NCBI GenBank assembly: GCA_037440985.1
Contig: JBBITB010000001.1
Coordinates: 1-43,797 of the forward strand
Direction: 5' to 3'
DNA from: Microcoleaceae cyanobacterium bin_387
Lineage (GTDB): Bacteria > Cyanobacteriota > Cyanobacteriia > Cyanobacteriales > Microcoleaceae
DNA: 43,797 nucleotides
In this document: piece by piece, positions 37,267 to 43,797 of the stretch
Numbering within the stretch: the stretch's first letter is position 1
Layout: every line of letters begins with the position of its first letter
The notes under the pieces: model-generated
Seen by the model: the letters and a program-made list of their open reading frames with translations, nothing else
Told to the model about the DNA's origin: nothing
Databases searched by the model: none
Position numbers and translations under genes: made by a program

Positions 37267-38325
37267 TTAAGCGGCTTGCGTTGATCCCTGATATTTCAGC
37301 AGAATTCCATTTTGGCCAATAATGAAACCTTGCTCAGGTGTCAAAAACAAAATTTTGTACAAATTCGCGGGGACATTTTCCACATCCCTGTCTTTTTGCC
37401 AAGTTTTGCCCCCATCGACACTGGAAAGTAAATTACCACTACCCCCCGCAACCCATATTTCATTGGGAGTACGATAGGCTAAATCTAATAATCCCCAACT
37501 CGCAGCGCGATCGGGTTTAAAGGGTTTGCCCCATTCTGCCAAATTTTCGGGATCGCTAAATTGGACCTGGCCTCCGCGTTCCAACATCCATAACCGTCCA
37601 TCCAAACCAAAGCCCATGCTTTGCAGACGGCGAGAACTATTGCGGTTATAGGGATTCCAGTTATTTTGCCCCGGTTCCCAGATCGCGTAAAAACTCCCTT
37701 GAGAGGATACCGCGATATATTTCCCATCGGCAGAGCGAGTGATATTGCGAACTACCCCAAACGCGTCTTCGACTAAGGCTTTCCAAGTCTTTCCGCCATC
37801 TATGGTTTTATAGATCGCGCCCACATCCGTTGTTAATTCCGCGCTATGGGGAGCAATAGCCGCGATCGAACTGGGAGAGCCTGGTAATTTACTACTAAGA
37901 GGAATACGATTCCAAGACTTGCCCTGATCTTCGGTATGTAAGATCAGCCCAGGCTGTCCCACAATCCAACCTTCATCACCCGAAAAACTAATGGATGAAA
38001 GACGATAACGGGGATCATCCAGATCCAAACCTACTTGTTTCCAAGTATTTCCGGCATCGTTCGTTTCAAATAAAGTCGCCTCACTACCAACTAACCAACC
38101 ATGTTGAGAGTTACCAGTAAAGGCCAAATCTAACAAATTCGCCTTAGTGGGCAAAGTAATAACTTGCCAGGGGTTAGAACTTGTTGAGGGAATAGTGCTG
38201 CATCCCATACACAATAAAAGAACAGCACTTAATAAAATCGTAAATCGCTTCCAGAACTTCACAATTTTTTTACTGTAAACCGTACAAACTAAGTAACAAC
38301 AGGAACCCAAGGGCCAAGCCACCAA
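37267..38325 (-). CDS. ycf48: Photosystem II stability/assembly factor Ycf48 (HCF136), a BNR-like beta-propeller lipoprotein
   Basis: [10 protein letters not shown]..., repeated G(G/N)xTW(K/Q) blade motifs, and a lipoprotein-like signal (...[16 protein letters not shown]). ATG 38325 would overlap rubA by 56 nt. The alternative GTG at 38262, 8 nt after the rubA stop, gives a cleaner signal peptide. Confidence 0.85.
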   Translation of the reverse strand: MVAWPLGSCCYLVCTVYSKKIVKFWKRFTILLSAVLLLCMGCSTIPSTSSNPWQVITLPTKANLLDLAFTGNSQHGWLVGSEATLFETNDAGNTWKQVGLDLDDPRYRLSSISFSGDEGWIVGQPGLILHTEDQGKSWNRIPLSSKLPGSPSSIAAIAPHSAELTTDVGAIYKTIDGGKTWKALVEDAFGVVRNITRSADGKYIAVSSQGSFYAIWEPGQNNWNPYNRNSSRRLQSMGFGLDGRLWMLERGGQVQFSDPENLAEWGKPFKPDRAASWGLLDLAYRTPNEIWVAGGSGNLLSSVDGGKTWQKDRDVENVPANLYKILFLTPEQGFIIGQNGILLKYQGSTQAA

Positions 38326-38605
38326 AAATTAGCAAATTTTTTTGGGAAGCCGTTAAATTATTAACGCCCAAACCATAACCCAGATTTTCCTTAAATCCAG
38401 AGGGACCCTCATTCGCACCAATATTTTTAAATTGGGCTTTCGGAGAACTACAAACCGGACATCGCCATTTCTGGGGGATGTCCTCAAAAGCTGTTCCAGG
38501 GGTAATATTTCCCTGGGAATAACCCTCTTTTGGTTCGTAAATATAACCACAGGCTTGACAGACATATCTGTCTAGCTCTTGTACTTCAGTGGTGTGATCG
38601 CTCAT
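38270..38605 (-). CDS. rubA: Membrane-anchored rubredoxin (RubA)
   Basis: MSDHTTEVQELDRYVCQACGYIYEP...WRCPVCSSPK has two CxxC rubredoxin knuckles and a C-terminal TM helix ([20 protein letters not shown]). The ORF track's extra 70 N-terminal residues start at GTG and are rejected. Confidence 0.85.
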   Translation of the reverse strand: MSDHTTEVQELDRYVCQACGYIYEPKEGYSQGNITPGTAFEDIPQKWRCPVCSSPKAQFKNIGANEGPSGFKENLGYGLGVNNLTASQKNLLIFGGLALGFLLLLSLYGLQ

Positions 38606-38864
38606 ATTCCAATAAGAGAGCCCATAATGTCTGACTACAATCGGGGTTTTACTGGTTTTCCATTGGCAAAAACCCCTTTTTCCTAGGATACCACAAGGGA
38701 TTGGCATGAAAACCCCCGTTTCGCGCTCCTCCCTCACCCCCTCAAAAAGCAAAGCCGTTTTATTCTCACCCAAAAGTCCTACTGTAGTTACTGTACCGAA
38801 ATCTTTGATACCCACGCAAAAATAAGATAAACCCGCCCCATCCTCTACTCAAATACTAATTCCC

Positions 38865-38915
38865 AGTCGGTTTTAACCTATTTTTCCGATGAGTCACAGA
38901 CTTTAGTCCCTGACA
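38865..38915. repeat. Hairpin repeat family H copy (agtcggttttaacc ... cagactttagtccctgacag)
   Basis: Matches 36271-36319. It lies between the CobA-like gene and rubA. Confidence 0.6.
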
Positions 38916-38996
38916 GATGAGCGCGATCGTGTCCTAAACAGCCCAGCCCTAAAAAAAAGGGTGGACTGGCCAAAAAGGGCAAACAATGAATATAAA

Positions 38997-39605
38997 TTAA
39001 GGTCGATGACTGCGACGAATTTCTGTAATTTGATCCGCGATTTGTAACAAAGAAGAAGGCATTTCCGGCCCTGTCAAAATAATATCAATATGACGAGGAC
39101 AATTTTGCAACATTTCCAACACTTCCCCCTCTGGAATTAAACCCAAATTAATCGCGACACTTAACTCGTCTAAAACCACAAGAGAATAACGCCCTTGTAA
39201 AATAACATCCCTCGTCCACTCCCACAAACTCCGTAGAGATTGCATTTGTCCCTCATCCAAATGGGGAGTATCAATACAACGGGGAAGATCACAACGAATC
39301 CAGTCCAAATATTCCCCTAATCTCACCGGATGCTCCACCCCTTGACAAATACCTCCCTTCAGAAACTGCACCACTAATACCGGAGTCCCATGTCCCGCGA
39401 TCCGAAGGGCCTGGGCCATCACACTGGTAAAAAAAGTGCGTTGGGTAGAGGTAAACACCTGTACCAATCCTTCAACGGTATAAGGAAGTGTGGAGGCAAA
39501 ATTGAGGGTAGGGGTTTCTAACTGGGCAACCATAAGGCTTTTCTGTTGTTGTGACAAGTTTGATGAGTGAATCTTATCTTGCCATAATTTTAGCTTCTTT
39601 GACAA
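38997..39605 (-). CDS. CobA/BtuR (corrinoid adenosyltransferase)-like protein with degenerate P-loop
   Basis: Aligns by eye with E. coli BtuR: VQVFTSTQRTFFTSVMAQALRIAGHGTPVLVVQFLKGG matches [36 protein letters not shown], and LVVLDELSVAI...IDIILTGPEMP matches MVVLDELTYMV...TVIITGRGCH. The Walker A sequence [10 protein letters not shown] is replaced by STQRTFFTSV. Confidence 0.7.
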   Translation of the reverse strand: MSKKLKLWQDKIHSSNLSQQQKSLMVAQLETPTLNFASTLPYTVEGLVQVFTSTQRTFFTSVMAQALRIAGHGTPVLVVQFLKGGICQGVEHPVRLGEYLDWIRCDLPRCIDTPHLDEGQMQSLRSLWEWTRDVILQGRYSLVVLDELSVAINLGLIPEGEVLEMLQNCPRHIDIILTGPEMPSSLLQIADQITEIRRSHRP

Positions 39606-39977
39606 TATATAGCGTAGAAATGGGCTTTCTGCCCCAATAAAACACTAAATCTAGCCCCCTCTCTTGGTAAGAAGTGATGGAAAGGCGCACATATCACAAT
39701 CTCAGTGAGAAACCCCCGATCTTCCAGTAAAATTAAGAATGTTTAAATCGTCTGGAAAACAATACCTTCGCCAACAACGATAAAACACCCAACATCCCTA
39801 GTCTGTAGGGGCGGTGGATGGTGCGATCGCGCCCTACAGAAGGTGAAGCTATACTAGAGACATATCCACAAACTACTGTAGGGTAGGCTAATCCTGCCTT
39901 TGATCTGATTTTGGGGTGATGTCTTAGGAAAGCGGGTTTCTTTGCGTAAGTCCTAAAAGTAACAGTGAGATGAAATA

Positions 39978-41198
39978 ATGAAATCTATCCCTCGTATAGA
40001 ATATCTCAAAGTGCAAAATTATCGCGCTTTACATAATCTCGAACTCAAAAATCTTACCCCCTTAACCGTCTTTTTGGGGCCCAATGGCAGCGGAAAATCA
40101 ACGATTTTTGATGTCTTCGCTTTCCTGTCTGAATGTTTCACCGAAAGCCTCAGAAAAGCATGGGATAGACGGGGCAGATTTAGAGAATTACGCACCAGAG
40201 ATAGTGACGGCTGCATCATCATTGAATTAAAATATCGAGAGACATCCAAATCGCCTTTAATCACCTATCATCTCGCCATAGATGAGGAAAATAATCGTCC
40301 CTATATTGCTGAAGAATGGCTACATTGGAGAAGAGGCAATCAAGGTAAACCTTTTCGCTTTTTAGACTTCAGAAAAGGCGAAGGACAAGTCATTAGTGGC
40401 ACAACTCCTGATAAGGAAGAAGGCGAAAGGATTATCGAACAACTAGCATCACCTGAATTATTAGCAGTAAATACATTAGGACAATTTGCCAAACATCCCC
40501 GCGTTAGTGCCTTAAGACGTTTTATTACAGGTTGGTATTTATCCTATTTAACTGCGGATCATACTCGCAGTCTTCCCGAAGCAGGGGCCCAGGAAAGATT
40601 ATCTCCTACTGGTGACAATTTACCCAATGTTATCCAATACCTAAAAGAACAACATCCCCAACGGTTAGAAGAAATACTAAAAACCCTTTCTAATCGTATT
40701 CCACGCCTCGAAAAAGTCGAAGCTTCTATTATGCAGGATGGCAGACTTTTGTTGGAAATTAAAGATGCTCCGTTTTCTCATCCGATTCTGGCAAAGTTTG
40801 CCTCTGATGGTACATTAAAACTCTTAGCTTATCTGACAGTATTATTTGACCCGACTCCCCCGCAATTAGTGGGAATAGAAGAACCAGAAAATCATTTACA
40901 TCCGCGTTTATTACCTCAACTTGCCGAAGAATGTCGTTCGGCTTCTGCTAATACTCAATTAATGGTAACAACCCATTCCCCCTTTTTTGTCGATAGTTTA
41001 AAACCAGAGGAATTATGGGTATTATATCGAGATTTAAAAGGCTTTACCCAAGCTAAAAGAACCGCAGATATGCCCGGAGTTAAAGAATTTATGAATCAGG
41101 GTGCATTACTTGGTTCGCTGTGGATGGAAGATTTTTTTGATGTGGGAAATCCTCTTAAAAATTCTGGTGTTCCTCAATCGTTCACAGCTAAAAATTAA
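39978..41198 (+). CDS. ABC-type ATPase of the OLD/AAA_21-AAA_15 family (RecF/SMC-like)
   Basis: Walker A is [17 protein letters not shown] near aa 30-45. The Q-loop region follows. The Walker B/D-loop is [13 protein letters not shown]. The H-loop is [12 protein letters not shown]. There is a long insert between the two ATPase halves, typical of OLD/AriA/GajA-like ATPases. Confidence 0.8.
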   Translation: MKSIPRIEYLKVQNYRALHNLELKNLTPLTVFLGPNGSGKSTIFDVFAFLSECFTESLRKAWDRRGRFRELRTRDSDGCIIIELKYRETSKSPLITYHLAIDEENNRPYIAEEWLHWRRGNQGKPFRFLDFRKGEGQVISGTTPDKEEGERIIEQLASPELLAVNTLGQFAKHPRVSALRRFITGWYLSYLTADHTRSLPEAGAQERLSPTGDNLPNVIQYLKEQHPQRLEEILKTLSNRIPRLEKVEASIMQDGRLLLEIKDAPFSHPILAKFASDGTLKLLAYLTVLFDPTPPQLVGIEEPENHLHPRLLPQLAEECRSASANTQLMVTTHSPFFVDSLKPEELWVLYRDLKGFTQAKRTADMPGVKEFMNQGALLGSLWMEDFFDVGNPLKNSGVPQSFTAKN

Positions 41199-41204
41199 GA
41201 GGAG

Positions 41205-41837
41205 GTGAGTATTTTGCATCTTGAGTTTTTAGTAGAAGAAGCATCCCTAGAATCAGCTTTAACCTATCTTTTACCCAAAATCCTGCCATCCACTTTTACC
41301 TTTAGAATTCATGCTTTCCGAGGTAAACCAGATTTACTGAATAAATTGCCTGACCGTTTAAACGGTTATCGAGCATGGCTTCCGTGTGATTGGAAAATTG
41401 TTATTTTAATAGATGAAGATCGAGAAGATTGTCTAAAATTAAAAAACGAACTAGAAAATAAGGCAATCTGGGCTGGCTTCATCACTAAATCTTCCTGCAA
41501 AAATGAGAAGTTATTTGAAATTTTAAATAGAATTGTAGTTGAAGAATTAGAAGCGTGGTTTTTCGGCGATGTTGAGGCAATTTGTCAAGCTTATCCTAAA
41601 GTTTCTCCCAATTTAGCTAATCAAGAATCATATCGCGATCCTGATGCAATTAAGGGTGGAACGTGGGAAGCATTAGAAAGAGTCTTACAAAAAGCAGGAT
41701 ATCATCAGGGGGGACTAGAAAAATACAAAGCTTCTCGCGACATCTCTCAATATATGAATCCTCAATTAAATCGCTCTAAAAGTTTTCAAGTATTTTATCA
41801 AAGTTTATTAGAAATCATTAATAGTGAGGAGGTATAG
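41205..41837 (+). CDS. Small TOPRIM-like protein (DUF4276-like), putative nuclease partner of the upstream ATPase
   Basis: It starts 6 nt after the ATPase stop. The probable real start is TTG 41214, which has the SD gaggagg 8 nt upstream. The N-terminus HLEFLVEEASLESAL matches a TOPRIM strand-1 Glu (hhhVEGxxE). VILIDEDRED at about aa 65-74 is a DxD motif. Confidence 0.55.
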   Translation: MSILHLEFLVEEASLESALTYLLPKILPSTFTFRIHAFRGKPDLLNKLPDRLNGYRAWLPCDWKIVILIDEDREDCLKLKNELENKAIWAGFITKSSCKNEKLFEILNRIVVEELEAWFFGDVEAICQAYPKVSPNLANQESYRDPDAIKGGTWEALERVLQKAGYHQGGLEKYKASRDISQYMNPQLNRSKSFQVFYQSLLEIINSEEV

Positions 41838-41845
41838 CAGTCCTA

Positions 41846-41935
41846 AATAGGTTGTAAGAAAATAGTGGCTTAAATGCTTACGGTAGGGGCAATTCATGAA
41901 TTGCCCCTACCACGAATCATTTAGGATTGCTATAT
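41846..41935. repeat. MITE-like element with terminal inverted repeats (agtcctaaatagg ... catttaggattgc) and a perfect internal palindrome ggtaggggcaattcatgaattgcccctacc
   Basis: taggattgctata also occurs at 36236-36250 and, inverted, at 2683-2700. The internal hairpin could also serve as a terminator for the ATPase/TOPRIM operon. Confidence 0.45.
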
Positions 41936-42247
41936 AATCAATTTGCAGTCCTGAAACTTTTGTCTGAAATGATAAAAAAGTTTCAATAAAGTTTTTTTTC
42001 TGTAATACAAATTGGTAATTAATGCGATCGCGCTAATCCTGTCGGTATGATATCATCTCACAGTATTATTGTCGTTTTTTGGGGTGGGTTCACCTGTATT
42101 ATGGTTATTGGTGAACCGACCTATAGGATTTTTGTTCTATTAAAGCAGGAGAATTTTTATGTTTTATAGGAATAAAAAAAGTATTTCTTACTCCTATTTC
42201 TGGAAATAATGAAATCATTTCCAGAGAAGAACATTTTTATTTCTATT

Positions 42248-42790
42248 CTATTTATGCTCTCCTTTACTAACTTCCGCTGCCATGTCTTCTAAGGATTGTT
42301 GTTCTAAAAAGTGTTTTCTGCGACTAGAAACTGTTTGTTCTGGATCAATGCCTTCAAAGGTGGGAGGAAGCCACACACGAATCACTAATAACATCCCTAA
42401 TGCTAACAAAAATGCCGCGGTGGATAATATCTGTACCCAAGAGGTTTCTAATACACCCCGCACAATCACTTCTCGTAATACTGAAACGAGGGCGACTTCT
42501 ACCGCGACACCAATTGATACCCGTTGCTCTTGTAAGTAAATAATTAAAAGTCGGAATAATTCCACCAGTATTAATAAAAAGAGAATATCCGCGGTGACTT
42601 GTTGAAAATTGAGGGGCGGTAACAGTGAAACGAACATATCTCGGATCTGAATTACCATGAAGGCAAATAAACCGATACAAAGGGAAATTACGATTAAGTC
42701 TTGAATTGTCTCTAGTGTCCGAACAACCCAGGTGAGATTGATCCAAGGCTCTGAGTTTGTTGAGCGATGATGGCTTAACTTTTCTTGCAT
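42248..42790 (-). CDS. Integral membrane protein, PsiE-like (phosphate-starvation-inducible E family)
   Basis: 180 aa with 4 TM helices. The segment ADILFLLILVELFRLLIIYLQ...VALVSVLREVIV parallels E. coli PsiE [23 protein letters not shown]...ITAIVRLII. Confidence 0.45.
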   Translation of the reverse strand: MQEKLSHHRSTNSEPWINLTWVVRTLETIQDLIVISLCIGLFAFMVIQIRDMFVSLLPPLNFQQVTADILFLLILVELFRLLIIYLQEQRVSIGVAVEVALVSVLREVIVRGVLETSWVQILSTAAFLLALGMLLVIRVWLPPTFEGIDPEQTVSSRRKHFLEQQSLEDMAAEVSKGEHK

Positions 42791-43067
42791 GGCTGGCTCC
42801 TTTTTTTCACTAGAGCCTAGCTTATCTTAACTCTCACTTATACTTCAATAGGTTTTATATTTAAAAAAATTATGATAGAGATGAGAATGTGACAGGAGTT
42901 AATCCCCGATCGCGCCTAGCCCGAAGGTCACAAGTAGTTTACAATGACTTTAATGTAAAGATTTATTGACAGACAGGTAAACCCTCATGTCAGAGGATGC
43001 AAGGAATCTTAATGATCCGAGCTCACCTGTCGAGTCTATCGAAAAAACTAAGAGAGGATCGAACACA

Positions 43068-43670
43068 ATGGCATTTGAACTGCCTTCTTTACCTTTTGCC
43101 GACAATGCTTTGGAGTCCTCTGGGATGTCCGCGAAGACTTTCTCTTTCCATCATGGCAAGCATCACGCGGCTTATGTGACGAACCTGAATAATTTGATCA
43201 AGGATACTCCCTTGGCCGATAAGTCTCTCGAAGATATCGTTAAAGCAACCTACAACGATCCCTCTAAAGTGGGTGTCTTCAATAACGCGGCTCAAGTGTG
43301 GAATCACACGTTTTTCTGGAATTCCCTCAAAGCGGGTGGCGGTGGAGCTCCCACAGGTGCTTTAGCTGAGAAAATTAATGCGGATTTTGGCAGCTTTGAG
43401 AAGTTCAAGGAAGATTTTAAGGCCGCGGCTACTACCCAATTTGGCAGTGGTTGGGCTTGGTTGGTTTTGGATAATGGCACTCTGAAAGTGACTAAAACCG
43501 CAAACGCGGAAACTCCGATCGCGATCGGGCAAACTCCTTTATTAACTTTGGATGTGTGGGAACACGCGTATTATCTGGATTTCCAAAATGCTCGTCCGGG
43601 TTACATTGCTAATTTCCTCGATAAATTGGCTAACTGGGACTTTGCCGCGGCAAACTTCGCCAAGGCCTAA
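43068..43670 (+). CDS. sodB: Iron superoxide dismutase
   Basis: MAFELPSLPF...HHGKHHAAYV...AAQVWNHTFFW (Fe-type signature) ...DVWEHAYY. ATG 43068 has the SD agagagga. The ORF track's 27-aa N-terminal extension from 42987 is rejected. Confidence 0.9.
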   Translation: MAFELPSLPFADNALESSGMSAKTFSFHHGKHHAAYVTNLNNLIKDTPLADKSLEDIVKATYNDPSKVGVFNNAAQVWNHTFFWNSLKAGGGGAPTGALAEKINADFGSFEKFKEDFKAAATTQFGSGWAWLVLDNGTLKVTKTANAETPIAIGQTPLLTLDVWEHAYYLDFQNARPGYIANFLDKLANWDFAAANFAKA

Positions 43671-43702
43671 ACTCTTTACTTTCTAGGTTTGGTGCTTATC
43701 CC

Positions 43703-43740
43703 AGAAACCGGGTTTCTTCAAGAAACCCGGTTTCTTTTTT
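43703..43740 (+). terminator. Rho-independent terminator of sodB (gaaaccgggtttcttcaagaaacccggtttctttttt)
   Basis: 11-bp GC-rich stem, then T7, 33 nt after the sodB stop. Confidence 0.7.
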
Positions 43741-43743
43741 GGG

Positions 43744-43797
43744 AAAGGCCCCAATCCCTAGCCCCAATCCCTAGTCCCCAATCCCTAGCCCCCAATC
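43744..43797. repeat. Tandem 13-14-nt repeat (cc)ccaatccctag(c/t)c, at least 4 units, running off the window end
   Basis: ccccaatccctagcc ccaatccctagtc cccaatccctagcc cccaatc was read directly. Confidence 0.6.

Noticed and set aside
38606-38815. 70-aa N-terminal extension of the rubredoxin ORF from a GTG
   Set aside because: Rubredoxin homology begins exactly at the internal ATG (MSDHTTEV). The extension has no RBS and would fuse onto the repeat-H spacer.
42987-43067. 27-aa N-terminal extension of SOD
   Set aside because: Fe-SOD homology starts at MAFELPSLPF, which has its own SD. The extension is not SOD-like.
1-43797. tRNA, rRNA, tmRNA, RNase P RNA and transposase/integrase genes
   Set aside because: I scanned spacers for conserved landmarks (for example GTTCGAATC-type T-arms, tmRNA termini, RNase P P4 motifs, DDE/tyrosine-recombinase ORFs) and saw none. 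Absence is provisional without a covariance-model search.

Overview
The window is a 43.8-kb gene-dense chromosomal fragment, most likely from a cyanobacterium. Two things point that way. The palindromic octamer GCGATCGC (HIP1) recurs dozens of times on both strands. The conserved photosystem-II assembly and cytochrome b559 cluster is present in the order rubA, ycf48, psbE, psbF, psbL, psbJ, and the ORF track missed psbF, psbL and psbJ because each is under 60 aa.

About a third of the coding capacity is signal transduction. There are two paralogous two-gene phosphorelay modules, in which a large PAS/GAF/CBS hybrid histidine kinase is translationally overlapped with a downstream REC-histidine-kinase fusion. 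There is also a CBS-domain kinase, a CheY-like regulator, a Ser/Thr kinase with a WD40 domain that overlaps a flotillin gene, and a 14-blade WD40 protein.

The housekeeping genes are upp with a URC4/DUF1688-like neighbour, argD, Fe-type superoxide dismutase (sodB), an L,D-transpeptidase, a polysaccharide deacetylase, an amino-acid substrate-binding protein, a SemiSWEET, DUF924 and a PsiE-like protein.

The candidates for novelty are these:
- A translationally coupled pair of an ABC-type (OLD/AAA_21-like) ATPase and a small TOPRIM-like (DUF4276-like) protein at 39978-41837. It looks like a split-OLD / PARIS / AbiL-like defence module.
- A solitary STAND-class P-loop NTPase with an N-terminal TPR-like solenoid and no C-terminal sensor repeats, at 10657-12942.
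- A CobA/BtuR-like protein whose Walker-A loop is completely degenerate, at 38997-39605.
- A secreted two-lobed retropepsin-like aspartic protease.
- At least eight families of short dispersed, hairpin-forming intergenic repeats. One family brackets the rubA-psbJ cluster on both sides.

I found no rRNA, tRNA, CRISPR array, transposase or integrase. The repeat families were delineated by eye and are incomplete. All domain calls come from reading motifs by eye, not from database searches.
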